In this document: piece after piece, positions 13,687 to 28,112 of the stretch
How positions within the stretch are numbered: the stretch's first letter is position 1
How the letters are laid out: every line of letters starts with the position of its first letter
Made by a program: the position numbers and the translations under genes
Notes under the pieces: model-generated
What the model saw: the letters and a program-made list of their open reading frames with translations, nothing else
What the model was told of the DNA's origin: nothing
Database searches by the model: none
NCBI RefSeq assembly: GCF_963676685.1
Contig: NC_092353.1
Location: forward strand, 26,555,690 to 26,619,689
Source: Mytilus edulis
Taxonomy: Eukaryota
Length of the DNA stretch: 64,000 nt
Reading direction: 5' to 3'

Positions 13687-15082
13687 CTGTCAGTTTCGGC
13701 TAACTGGATTTCAAATAAATATGTTCATAATCTTTACCATGTAATACATATGCATCAAATTGTAAAAAAAAATATGTTAAAATTTCATAAAGTAAAAAAG
13801 AAAAAAATCCAAAAAATTACAATGCCCAAAATAGTGAATAGAACATACCTACAACCCAAAGGAAAGCTACAATCCAATGTTTCATTCATAAGGATCTCTT
13901 ACTCCACATGTTTTCTAAACTAAGGTCATTTATTTATCCACCTGGACAATATTTACAGTGAAACCTCTTAGTACTGATTTTTTTACACTTACATTTATAC
14001 TTGCGTTAGAAAGAAACAAACCAGTTCTTGGATCAAATTGCATATAGAAGGCACATCTGTATAAACTTAAATATGTCTAAACTTAACCACCAATCTGACC
14101 ACATATTTTGATTTATTTCATAGATTCACATAATATGATTTCACTGTAAATTAATTATCATGACTTGACAATACTATGTAATCCACAATAAAAAGTACAT
14201 GCTATAATGAAATAACTATACAATAATTATCAATTATTAATTACCAACAATCATTGTAACTATAAATTCTTTATGGATAACTAATTTGTCAAATATAATC
14301 AAGTTTAAGATTCAATTAGATAGGAAATCTTTTTGTCTGTATCTTATCTCTGTCATGTGGAGATGTGGACTAGATGTATAACAAGTACTAGGGGTCAAGG
14401 ATTTATAACTAATATTCATCCTTGCTAGGGTGCTTATAATTGATGTATTTGCAAAGCACTATCATTGTGTCTAACGCAAATCAAATGAAATAATTTACGA
14501 ATTATGTTCAATTCAATATTTGACCCTAAAACAAGCATTTTTATATTTTTTGTATAATCTAATTTAATATGCTAATCATTGTTACGATTTTTTACTTAAC
14601 AGTTCTCTGTAAGAAAAAAAACCCTAACCTTTCTATGCATTGGACCACAATCTAAATAAATAATGACCTTAAAGGGACATCCATTGTTTAACTGCTGTTC
14701 TCAAAGATACTACTGACCCAGCTCTGCTGTAAGTGGATGGCTGCTTACTAGACTGTTTTTAATTCATCAATCAAGTAGCCTTGTATTTTTGATAACATCT
14801 TAACTACCCAGTACAGCGTCTCACTTTAAAAAAAAAGGCCTGTTACCTATCGCCTTTTGGATTTGATTTTACAGTATTTACAACTTCAATATAAATTACA
14901 AACATTTTTTTGGTCTCTTCATTTAATAAGACATGATCATAGAACAACATGTGATCTATTGTTATCCGATTGCTCCAGGTGACAAAACAAGACAGGTATA
15001 TTATCAATTAGCGTAAATAAATAATGACATATAGTCTGTTGTATCATCCCTACAGGTAGTAATGATGTCATAAGATTAATGA

Positions 15083-18000
15083 AGAATCACTGATACATCG
15101 TACCTACACCCACCAAAACACTCATGTATCTATTCTCTTTACAACAAGCTTAGAGAATCACTGCTACATCGTACCTACACCCACCAAAACACTCATGTAT
15201 CTATTCTCTTTACAACAAGCTTAGAGAATCACTGCTACATCGTACCTACACCCACCAAAACACTCATGTATCTATTCTCTTTACAACAAGCTTAGAGAAT
15301 CACTGCTACATCTTACCTACACCCACCAAAACACTCATGTATCTATTCTCTTTACAACAAGCTTAGAGAATCACTGCTACATCGTACCTACACCCATCAA
15401 AACACTCATGTATCTATTCTCTTTACAACAAGCTTAGAGAATCACTGCTACATCGTACCTACACCCACCAAAACACTCATGTATCTATTCTCTTTACAAC
15501 AAGCTTAGAGAATCACTGCTACATTGTACCTACACCCACCAAAACACTCATGTATCTCTTCTCTTTACAACAAGCTTAGAGAATCACTGCTACATCGTAC
15601 CTACACCCACCAAAACACTCATGTATCTATTCTCTTTACAACAAGCTTAGAGAATCACTGCTACATCGTACCTACACCCACCAAAACACTCATGTATCTA
15701 TTCTCTTTACAACAAGCTTAGAGAATCACTGCTACATCGTACCTACACCCACCAAAACACTCATGTATCTATTCTCTTTACAACAAGCTTAGAGAATCAC
15801 TGCTACATTGTACCTACACCCACCAAAACACTCATGTATCTATTCTCTTTACAACAAGCTTAGAGAATCACTGCTACATTGTACCTACACCCACCAAAAC
15901 ACTCATGTATCTATTCTCTTTACAACAAGCTTAGAGAATCACTGCTACATCGTACCTACACCCACCAAAACACTCGTGTATCTATTCTCTTTACAACAAG
16001 CTTAGAGAATCACTGCTACATCGTACCTACACCCACCAAAACACTCGTGTATCTCTTCTCTTTACAACAAGCTTAGAGAATCACTGCTACATCGTACCTA
16101 CACCCACCAAAACACTCATGTATCTATTCTCTTTACAACAAGCTTAGAGAATCACTGCTACATCGTACCTACACCCAACCAAAACACTCATGTATCTATT
16201 CTCTTTACAACAAGCTTAGAGAATCACTGCTACATCGTACCTACACCCACCAAAACACTCATGTATCTATTCTCTTTACAACAAGCTTAGAGAATCACTG
16301 CTACATCGTACCTACACCCACCAAAACACTCATGTATCTATTCTCTTTACAACAAGCTTAGAGAATCACTGCTACATCTTACCTACACCCACCAAAACAC
16401 TCATGTATCTATTCTCTTTACAACAAGCTTAGAGAATCACTGTTACATTGTACCTACACCCACCAAAACACTCATGTATCTATTCTCTTTACAACAAGCT
16501 TAGAGAATCACTGCTACATCGTACCTACACCCACCAAAACACTCATGTATCTATTCTCTTTACAACAAGCTTAGAGAATCACTGCTACATTGTACCTACA
16601 CCCACCAAAACACTCATGTATCTCTTCTCTTTACAACAAGCTTAGAGAATCACTGTTACATCGTACCTACACCCATCAAAACAGTCGTGTATCTATTCTC
16701 TTTACAACAAGCTTAGAGAATCACTGCTACATCGTACCTACACCCACCAAAACACTCATGTATCTATTCTCTTTACAACAAGCTTAGAGAATCACTGCTA
16801 CATCGTACCTACACCCACCAAAACACTCATGTATCTATTCTCTTTACAACAAGCTTAGAGAATCACTGTTACATCTTACCTACACCCACCAAAACACTCA
16901 TGTATCTATTCTCTTTACAACAAGCTTAGAGAATCACTGCTACATCTTACCTACACCCAACCAAAACACTCATGTATCTCTTCTCTTTACAACAAGCTTA
17001 GAGAATCACTGTTACATCGTACCTACACCCATCAAAACAGTCGTGTATCTATTCTCTTTACAACAAGCTTAGAGAATCACTGCTACATCTTACCTACACC
17101 CAACCAAAACACTCATGTATCTCTTCTCTTTACAACAAGCTTAGAGAATCACTGCTACATCGTACCTACACCCACCAAAACACTCATGTATCTATTCTCT
17201 TTACAACAAGCTTAGAGAATCACTGCTACATCGTACCTACACCCACCAAAACACTCATGTACATCGTACCTACACCCACCAAAACACTCGTGTACATCGT
17301 ACCTACACCCACCAAAACACTCATGTATCTCTTCTCTTTACAACAAACTTAGAGAATCACTGCTACATCGTACCTACACCCACCAAAACACTCATGTATC
17401 TCTTCTCTTTACAACAAGCTTAGAGAATCACTGTTACATCGTACCTACACCCAACCAAAACACTCATGTATCTCCTCTCTTTACAACAAGCTTAGAGAAT
17501 CACTGCTACATCGTACCTACACCCACCAAAACACTCATGTATCTATTCTCTTTACAACAAGCTTAGAGAATCACTGCTACATCGTACCTACACCCAACCA
17601 AAACACTCATGTATCTATTCTCTTTACAACAAGCTTAGAGAATCACTGCTACATCGTACCTACACCCACCAAAACACTCATGTATCTATTCTCTTTACAA
17701 CAAGCTTAGAGAATCACTGCTACATCGTACCTACACCCAACCAAAACACTCATGTATCTATTCTCTTTACAACAAGCTTAGAGAATCACTGCTACATCGT
17801 ACCTACACCCACCAAAACACTCATGTATCTATTCTCTTTACAACAAGCTTAGAGAATCACTGCTACATCGTACCTACACCCAACCAAAACACTCATGTAT
17901 CTATTCTCTTTACAACAAGCTTAGAGAATCACTGTTACATCGTACCTACACCCACCAAAACACTCATGTATCTCCTCTCTTTACAACAAGCTTAGAGAAT

Positions 18001-19405
18001 CACTGCTACATCGTACCTACACCCACCAAAACACTCATGTATCTCTTCTCTTTACAACAAGCTTAGAGAATCACTGCTACATCGTACCTACACCCACCAA
18101 AACACTCATGTATCTATTCTCTTTACAACAAGCTTAGAGAATCACTGCTACATCGTACCTACACCCACCAAAACACTCATGTATCTATTCTCTTTACAAC
18201 AAGCTTAGAGAATCACTGCTACATCTTACCTACACCCACCAAAACACTCATGTATCTATTCTCTTTACAACAAGCTTAGAGAATCACTGCTACATCGTAC
18301 CTACACCCATCAAAACACTCATGTATCTATTCTCTTTACAACAAGCTTAGAGAATCACTGTTACATCTTACCTACACCCACCAAAACACTCATGTATCTA
18401 TTCTCTTTACAACAAGCTTAGAGAATCACTGCTACATCGTACCTACACCCACCAAAACACTCATGTATCTATTCTCTTTACAACAAGCTTAGAGAATCAC
18501 TGCTACATCTTACCTACACCCACCAAAACACTCATGTATCTATTCTCTTTACAACAAGCTTAGAGAATCACTGCTACATCGTACCTACACCCATCAAAAC
18601 ACTCATGTATCTATTCTCTTTACAACAAGCTTAGAGAATCACTGCTACATCGTACCTACACCCACCAAAACACTCATGTATCTATTCTCTTTACAACAAG
18701 CTTAGAGAATCACTGCTACATCTTACCTACACCCACCAAAACACTCATGTATCTATTCTCTTTACAACAAGCTTAGAGAATCACTGCTACATCGTACCTA
18801 CACCCATCAAAACACTCATGTATCTATTCTCTTTACAACAAGCTTAGAGAATCACTGTTACATCTTACCTACACCCACCAAAACACTCATGTATCTATTC
18901 TCTTTACAACAAGCTTAGAGAATCACTGCTACATCGTACCTACACCCACCAAAACACTCATGTATCTATTCTCTTTACAACAAGCTTAGAGAATCACTGC
19001 TACATCGTACCTACACCCAACCAAAACACTCATGTATCTATTCTCTTTACAACAAGCTTAGAGAATCACTGCTACATCGTACCTACACCCACCAAAACAC
19101 TCATGTATCTATTCTCTTTACAACAAGCTTAGAGAATCACTGTTACATCGTACCTACACCCACCAAAACACTCATGTATCTATTCTCTTTACAACAAGCT
19201 TAGAGAATCACTGCTACATCGTACCTACACCCACCAAAACACTCATGTACATCGTACCTACACCCACCAAAACACTCGTGTACATCGTACCTACACCCAC
19301 CAAAACACTCATGTATCTCTTCTCTTTACAACAAGCTTAGAGAATCACTGCTACATCGTACCTACACCCAACCAAAACACTCATGTATCTCCTCTCTTTA
19401 CAAGA
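15083..19405. repeat. Satellite DNA array, 71-bp monomer (about 61 copies; consensus ~catcgtacctacacccaccaaaacactcatgtatctattctctttacaacaagcttagagaatcactgcta), with monomer variants and a ~2-kb higher-order periodicity
   Basis: Head-to-tail 71-bp periodicity is directly visible. Recurrent variant sites are catcgt/cattgt/catctt, caccaaaac/caaccaaaac/catcaaaac and tctattc/tctcttc/tctcctc. The paired truncated ~35-bp units at 17250-17320 recur at 19238-19310. Confidence 0.95.
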
Positions 19406-21229
19406 AACTTCGTATACTTTATTTTTGTATTTGTACAAAGATATTTAAAGACATGTACCATCTGCAGAAGTGATGTCAACTTTAATTTGGATCCTAGATT
19501 TTGAATTGTTTGACCGGTTTTACTGTTAATGTCCTCCTTATCTTTTACTCCCTTAAATAACATGTTATGTTGCTTTTTACTACAACACCTACTTACATGG
19601 AAGGTTGAAGGTTGGGGGGAAAAATGAAGGAACCCAAATGATGTACTTAAGTTTTTCCAAATTGTAATGAAAAATACAAGAACCATGCATGCAATAATCT
19701 TACTTGTGTTCCATGAACCAATGAAAACGGAAGTAAGCAGCAAACCAATATACCTTTCACAAAATACTCAGAAGATCAGAATGCAAACACAGTCTTAATT
19801 ATTATTCAACCTTATACATAATGATACATATACTTCTGTATCAAAACCATTATGATTATTACTTGGATGTACTTCAAAAGTTTAAATATACATGTACTAT
19901 TCTGAACCATATTTATCCTATGGTTATTGAAACCAATTGGCTGTTAATCTTCTGTTCTATTTTCCATTGACAACTTTTGACCTACAAATTAGATTATGGA
20001 ACCTAAAACCTTCATGTCAACAAATACATCTTTAATGGCTCTTATAAAATAAATCAAGTTTCACAAATCTCTGTTATATAAGCTTCTTTATGGATAAATG
20101 TGCTACATTGCACAATTTTTCCCTTGAGATTAAATTTCACAGACATCTAGAACAAATCTTATAGAAAACAGAAAACTTTACCACTACTAAAGTAAACAAT
20201 GAATGGAGGATTGAGGAAATTCAATGAATGTCTACTTAATTCACAAATAATCCTTAGTGCACTGCTTGTGGTGTGCACAATATTACATAATCTAATTCAT
20301 TCTAAGTAACGTAAATAAAACATCAAGATGCATCAAATAATCTTTACAAATTTCACTGCACATTGGTGGACATAATTTTTTTTCAATACAAGTCATTCTG
20401 AAAAATCTTAGAAGTTATACTTGACTTATGTTGCCAAGTCATAACTGAATCAAGTAGAGTTTAATTAGAATTTTACAGACTTGGCCCCATGTCCATTAAT
20501 TGACTTATTCAGGACAGCTTTTTACCAAAATTTAAGAATTATGATTAAGTTGTATCTTCTGAAAATTTGAGCCCACTCCTATACCTCCTCCTTAAAAATA
20601 ACCAACAAATAAAAACAACCAAAAGAATATTTTACTTGAACTGAAATTCAATTGGATTTTTGCTGATGCTTCATAGACAAAGATTCCATCGGTAACTTAA
20701 ATTGAGATGAAAAATGGACATGCAAGTTTGGATAGCTATAGCCAAAAGCATAGGGAGTCAAACTTTTAACCTGAGATTTATGCTTTATTAAAACATCATC
20801 AAAGGTCAATTGTCTATCAATATCTTGTATTTGAACCACATTAAAGGTTAATGGTTTGATAAATTACCTTGTTAACGTACACATTTTTTAACCATAAGAT
20901 AGTTTTTTGCATAAAATTTCAACTTTCCCCGATAAAACAAATATTCATTATTATGATTAATCACAATACAAAGTAACCTTCAATATAATACAAGAGAACT
21001 TTAAATCGAGCAAAACAATACACTTATAATTTTGTTTTCCTTGTTTTCTTGACTGAATGGGTTTTAAAAATATTAAGATCAATTTTTTGAGTGAAAAATG
21101 TATAGTCCATCTAACTCAACCTCAGAGACTACCACCAGCCCCTTTTTTCAAATTTATTTTTTTTATATTTTACACTGCATTACAATTATATCAGAAACAG
21201 ATACACCTAAATTAATAAAATTTTAAAAA

Positions 21230-21440
21230 AAAAGATGCGATATGATTGCCAATGAGACAACTAACAATTTAAGGCTAAAGGACGAAAATGTGAAGTATTA
21301 CAGGTTATGCTCAGAGTGTACCATCCTCAACAATGAGCAAACCCCATTGTATGGCAATCATAAAATGCTCAATAATGACAAAATGTGAAACAATTAGACA
21401 TAAAAAATAACAGCCTGACTTACATAATATCATAGGGGAC
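21230..21440 (+). mobile_element. SINE-like family B-related copy
   Basis: Alignable to 49805-50020 (aagatg.gatatgattgc.aatgag...cagcctgactt). Confidence 0.5.
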
Positions 21441-24400
21441 AGAAACCCAATTAATAGTAAACAACAACTGTTTTAAACTTCCTTTTGTGTCTTCGAATGT
21501 ACAGCAACTGATAATTTTGTAATATTTGTTTTCAAAATTAATTATCAGTACCACTTACACTTTGAAAACCTCCTTAGTAGACCTTTAAAGATGTAAATAT
21601 GATCCTAAGCTTGTGTTTAGAGACCACAATATAGCAGAATGACCTACCAGTCTGCTAAGCATACCTCACCATAAATTACTATACACACAGCTTACAATGG
21701 ATGTAATACAATCATGTAAATCATCAGTGAAATTGACATTTGTAAACTAATGACCAGCCTTATTGCTTTCAAACATGCACAAGAAATATACATCATCGGT
21801 TTAACAGATCTGACCAAAGGGGTGTACACCTTTATACTGACAGTTCATTGTATGACCAAAAGTATGGTCATTAGTGTCAAAGAAACCAAATACCCAATAA
21901 AATATTTTTTTAGAGAAAATTACTTTCAAAAGAAACGAAAATTTGTGTTATTATAAGTTGTACTTGCAACAGACACATGCAGATAAGTGTGGGCTTTTTT
22001 AAACACATTTTAGATAAATTGGTGCAATTAATAAATGAATTTTAAAAACCTAGAATAACCAATATAAAAAAGTTTAGGTTAGTGTATTGTGAGCCTTCAA
22101 CAATAAAACCAGGAGCTATTCCCATATCATTATACATTATATGAGTAGGCTATGTATCCATAAAATATTTGAAAACATAAATCAACTTTTTTTCTAGATA
22201 GAGTACTGGTATTTTAAATACCATCAATTTCAGAAAGATAGTACATGTTTTGGTTCAGCTATATATCTTCATTTTTTTTTACAAATTATCTCCGTACAAA
22301 ATTCTATTAATGCAAGCATGAAAGCCCCATTTTTACACAGGTTAAGCATGAAGTTGTAGTGACATTACAAAGATAAATATGCCAGACATCTTCTTTATTA
22401 CAACTTATGCAAAGCATTAGTCAAAAGTAATGAATCCCCAGTCATTTATTCATTTTTTTCTCACCAGAATGTACGTATCAACCTAAAAATATCTAGTGCA
22501 GAAAAACAATAGATGTGTTTACATGTCTAAGGTGTGATAAGTGACTATGCACTGGCATGGCACTCTGTACAGTACCAGCTGTGCCACTTATTGGTTTAAA
22601 AAAATAAAAACTTAAAAACTAATCATTCTTATTCTTGTGTTATATGAAAAAAATCAAGAAAACTACAGAGGTATAAAGCCAAGCTGTAAATCCAAATAAT
22701 ATTTACAGTAAACAGATATATTTTTGATATCATGCCTTTTCTAAGATTAATAAAAAATCTAAGATTAATGTAATATTACCAACAAACAGAAGATTTTTAA
22801 TATAAAATATAAGAATTACTTACAAGCTCTTGTATGATGTTATATGAAATTCTTTATACCTCTTTATGCATAAATATCATTGAATATCTGCACTTCAATT
22901 GATAAAAACACCTTTATCAGGTTGCATATTCAGTATTTAACAAATTCACGTAAATGACACGACAAAATTATCACTATTATACAGAGATGAATTCTCCTGA
23001 GCAGGCACTATACCTAAACAACGTATCTTATTGACAAACCTCAAAATGATGACATAACACACATTATTAAAACTTTTCACCCTGGCAAACACTTCACAAA
23101 AAATATTTGCTTTGAGCACAATAATTGAGCCATACTCAGGATACCGGATCTTTTTAAAACGATATTAACTTTACCCTATTTATTTACCTAAAGAAAATTA
23201 TTACCCAGTTACGAAGACATGAACAAACAATTTGAAAGTATGATTATAAACTACGATCAAAATTTACGATAAACGATCATACCCACATTCCAACGATGGA
23301 CAATTTTTTCATCCTAAAATCCCTGATAAACTATCGTAAAGAGAACTCCAAGTGGATTTTCCTTGCAATTTTAAGTATGAAGATCAACGTAGATGTCAAA
23401 TTATGAAATGGATCATATTTAATGAGTTTTACTTGTTCATGTGTTACCCTGGTACAACGTTAAACATACCCAAAATGAAAAGGAGATATGACAACAGATT
23501 CTCAATGTTAACAAAATGCTACAGCGATGTGATCTAACCTTTACTCAAATACACAGCAACATAAAATTTTATTACATTTTGATTGTCAAATAATTCAAAT
23601 GAGGTTTAATAGCACAGTAGTATTTACCAGCTGCAAACGGAAACACCTTATTTTTTAACCTGTACATTATGTACAAAAGCTATCATAAAAAATTATGAAA
23701 TGACCTATTGTTGTGTATTTACATTTACTTGTAGTGATATGCACAAATTTCTATAAAAAGGCATTCTTGCAAAACATTTTGTAATTCTTTCTAGAATCAG
23801 TGCTCTATAGAACTAATTAAATTAAGAGCACTAAAGAACAGAATTTTTTCATGTTGCTTCTTAAGTCATATGAACCACATTTACTAATTAATCAGAAAGA
23901 TCAAAATAAAAATAATGAGATGCAAAATGTATATTTTCATGTATTTTCCACTCATAGTTATGATAGCAATCTTGACTGACCAGTTTCAAGTGAATTTAAA
24001 AAAAAAATTGTCAACAGTTGCAGAAAAGTTGATTGTGGCAGGGGTAATAAAGATCATGTATGATTTTATAGTTTGGTAGCAAGAATTTATTAATCTAATC
24101 TTCTATAAAATGAATGCTAATCTTATAATGTCTTTCACCCTTGCAGTTTGACTGCTCAATAACAGCACAGGAAAATCATAGTCTGATTATTTCAATAATA
24201 TTACACATTTTGTTAATGAATAAAGTCCTATGATAATGGAACCTTCTAATCTCTCTATTTAGCAGATAAAAATAAGTTGTGGTAAGTTTTCAACAGAAAA
24301 TGCACATCTTGTAATCTTACCTATCTAACGAGAAATCCCAAAATAAAACAATGTGTTCCCTGCAAATCTTACCTCAAAGACAACAAAAATTCTTCAAAAT

Positions 24401-25982
24401 TCAAAGATATTTCAAAGATGTCTTTCAGTAAAGAAATAGATCCAACCCATTCATTCCCTTTCTTTATTGTACCTAAATCACATTAAACATACACATGCAA
24501 AAATTTAAACATTACCGGGTACATCCATCACAAAATATTTGTTAATGCATATTTCCTTCAAAAGTCTGTATCCTTTTATTTATCTCAAATTACTTAAAAT
24601 GTTTCATTCATAAGAAGAATCTCCGACTTAAAAGTTCTACATAATCTTCAATATCAACAATATATATTTTGATCTGGAGAGGAATGCAGGGAAAATGTAG
24701 AATAAATTTTAATCACCCCATTACTTCACTTACCTTTAAGAGATTCTATCTTAACAACCTCAGATGACTGATAATATATAGATATCTCAATGGTATAATC
24801 CCCAGTCCACAAATTATCCCATTAAATTCAAATGAACATCAAGAGTCGTTGATTTCATTAATTACATAAGTTTTCGACAGGTGCTTGTTTCATTCATAAA
24901 ATGTGGTTTACCTGTAGTAAGTAAATGTAACAGTATTATAGACTCACAAGTTAAAGAAGCTATTATTTACAAATAGCCTGTAGTATATAAATCTACAGTA
25001 AAATCTAAATTATCAGTGACTAGTCGTTAACATTTATCATATAGTAAACAACAGAAATATATATATCTGATTAATACAATATTAAAACTAATACTTCATT
25101 TTAATACATTACTCATATTTACTTGTTAAAATGAAATTAGATCATGAATTGATATATTGTTCTCCTAACCGATATATGAATGCATGATCATGCCAATACA
25201 TCTTCTGCAATTAGTACTAAGATTATATAAGACATTGCTTTTACAATGTATTGCTCTGCTTTGCACTTGCACTGAAGGCTAATATACCTGTATCCTTTGC
25301 ATAACAAATCATCAGTTTAAAGTTAATTGTCGATAAACCTAATTTCCTCGCTATGTAGAGAATATTACTTAATTTTAGACATTTTTTGTAACACGTTTCT
25401 GCCATAGTTACCATGATCCTGCCAATTCTGTTCCATCTGCTACTTTTACTGCTAATGAAAACAAACTGCAAAATATATATGTGCATAATTAAATAGGATG
25501 CATGTATTCTGGTGTTAACCACAATCTTTATTTATCAAGAGCTAATTAATATATTGTAAGTGTTAAAATAATATTGCTATATTGAAACAGGTTCTGGTGA
25601 CTAGCTTCCATAAATAAATCTATAAATTTTAATATTTCCCTTTAGTAGATTGCTTGATTATTGCAGTAGAATAGAGCTTTGGATTTCTAGCTCAAAATCT
25701 TTTAAGGTTTTTATAGTTTGAGAAATATCAAGTCTTTTAGATGTTTAAATGATCCCATATCTTACTTCATCATAACTTTTCATTTTATGCCTAATTCCTA
25801 TTTATTTATTTTTGTACCTCAAGTTAAGTAAGAGTTATCTCCCTTTTAATAAAGGTTCTGATAACAAGTCACTAGGTCACTATAAAGAGCTGCTATAGAA
25901 GTACATGTATTTTTTCACCATATACATAAGTTTACTTCAATAGTTAGTGAAAGCTTAAAAATAAATATCACAAAATTTATAT

Positions 25983-26620
25983 AGAAGAAACTCTTTAAAA
26001 CCAGGTTCAATCCACCATTTTCTACATTAGAAAATGCCTGTACCAAGTCAGGAATATGACAGTTGTTATCCATTCGTTTGATGTGTTTGAGCTTTTGATT
26101 TTGCCATTTGATTATGACTTATATCTAGAAATTGACTATGCGGGTCGGTTGAAAACAAAACTTTACGACAAAAGAGATGATTTCAGCTTCCAAATTGTGT
26201 GAATTTTCATTTTTAAATCAAGAGTTCCAAGTGGTGAAGTTGAAATCATCACTTTGTAAATTTTACGGACGCCATCACGAGTTGGTTGATCGTTATGGAA
26301 TATCCGTTTCACAGATGATATCGGATGTGTTCCTTATGTCGTAACTACAATCCCGTTCCCTTTTCACGAATGTGACCTACCGAATAAGACTATTTATCCC
26401 TATTTGTGACATTTTTACCTATTGTTTTTGTTGTTTTGTTCACACCTCGTTGTCAATATAATGGAATTTGATGCGACTGTCATAGAAGTGAGAGGTTTAG
26501 CTAGCTTTAAAACCAGGTTCAATCCACCATTTTCTACATTAGAAAATGCCTGTACCAAGTCAGGAATATGACAGTTGTTATCTATTCGTTTGATGTGTTT
26601 GGACTTTTGATTCAATTTGC
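25983..26620. repeat. Tandem duplication with a ~512-bp period (1.25 copies)
   Basis: 25997-26105 is near-identical to 26507-26612 (aaaccaggttcaatccaccattttctacattagaaaatgcctgtaccaagtcaggaatatgacagttgttatc.attcgtttgatgtgttt). Confidence 0.8.
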
Positions 26621-26789
26621 CTTTTGATTCTGGATTTTCCTTTTTGAATTTTCCTCGGAGTTCAGTATTTTTGTGTTTTTACTTTTTTCTAAATACTGTG
26701 AAAGCAATAGAATACCTAACAAAGTAACATAAATCAATACAACAGAAGAATTTACCAAAGTGGCATAAAAGCACCAAAGAAAAAAAATT

Positions 26790-27380
26790 AAATGCTAAAA
26801 ACAGAAGGACCTTTATCCAAGTAAAGTGAAAGCTAAAAACAGAAGGACCTTACCACAGTAAAGTGAAAGCTGAAAACAGAAGGACCTTTACCCAACTAAA
26901 GTGAAAGCTAAAACTGGAAGATCTACCATAGTATAGTAAAAGCTAGAAACCTCAGGACCTTCTAAAGTAAAGTGAAAGCTGAAAGCCAGAGGACCTACCA
27001 AAGTAAAGTAAATGCTGAAAATATGAGAACCTACACCCAAGTACAGCTAAAAAATAAAAGAATACATATCACAATACAGTGAAATCTTCAAACAGATGAA
27101 GACTCACGCATACAGTGAAAGCTGTAAACAGAACACGGTCTTGTAAGGACTATAAATAAAAGAGGGATTAACAAAATTCAATGAAAGCTGAACATGATAA
27201 AATCTACCAAAGCTGTAAACAGAACATGTTGTATCTAATAGAAGAAATTCTACAGCTACTATCAAAGTATCACGAAAGCTGGAAAACAGTAAAATCCATA
27301 TCAAAGCTGTAAACTCTATATATAATATTCAATAGAAGAAGACCTACCCTAAAAGTGTAAAGAAAGCTGTAAACATTAAA
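26790..27380. repeat. Degenerate minisatellite with a ~38-bp unit (ctaaaaacagaaggacctttatccaagtaaagtgaaag), decaying towards 27380
   Basis: There are at least 8 recognisable head-to-tail units. Confidence 0.8.
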
Positions 27381-27744
27381 TATTCAATTTTATATTTACT
27401 TTTAAATGTACCAAGGACATTTAAATCAAAGATCATACTGTAGGAAAAATCTTTCAACCATGAATTATAATAATTAATGCATGAGTATATCTATTAAAAT
27501 CTCTTTCAAGTTGTAAAAACTTAAAAGGAATATTTTTAAGGTCGTCACCTCTTCGTGTAATATTATACAGGTTTTTTTGGAGGGTTGTTTTTTTAACATG
27601 CTTAATGCATTAATCTTTTGTTATTTTATTGTGTATATCTTTAATATCAATAATTTCAAAAATATCAACATTAAAATACTCATTGAAACTTTAGTTATTA
27701 TTTTTTCACAATATCAACCATATACATAGGCAATATTGATCGCC

Positions 27745-28112
27745 TTCTAAGGCAAAAACAAGAATGTGTCCATAGTACACTGATGCCCTACTCGCACTAT
27801 CATTTTCTGTTTTCAGTGGACTGTAAAATTGGATTCAAAACTCTAATTTGAAATTAAATTAGAAAGATCATATTAAAAGGAACATATGTACTAAGTTTCA
27901 AGTTGATTGGACTTTAACCTCATCAAAAACTACCTTGACTAAAAACTTTAACCATAACTTTAACCTGAAGCAGGACAGATGGATGGACAAATGTATGGAC
28001 AAATGAATGGACGAACGGTACGACAGACAAAAGAATAGACATATGGACGAATGGGCACACAAACAGACCAACTGACAGAAAAACATAATGCCCATAAATT
28101 GGGCATAAAAAT
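27745..28112 (+). mobile_element. SINE-like interspersed repeat (family A) with a 3' GGAC/GGAT-rich tract and a terminal hairpin (..AACATAATGCCCATAAATTGGGCAT..)
   Basis: Related copies lie at 33185-33410 (+), 34375-34575 (+, 3' part only) and 51562-51835 (-). Confidence 0.7.

Noticed and set aside
15524-16787. Five near-identical 65-aa plus-strand ORFs (MYLHPPKHSCI...)
   Set aside because: They are reading-frame artefacts of the 71-bp satellite (3 x 71 = 213 nt returns to frame) and are not genes.
15083-19405. Regular direct repeats that could superficially suggest a CRISPR array
   Set aside because: The 71-bp units are contiguous, with no unique spacers between them. The sequence is eukaryotic (spliced CDC5L gene, SINEs), so this is satellite DNA.
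19381-19743. 120-aa minus-strand ORF immediately after the satellite
   Set aside because: No domain-like features or splice context were found, and its composition is consistent with random AT-rich sequence.
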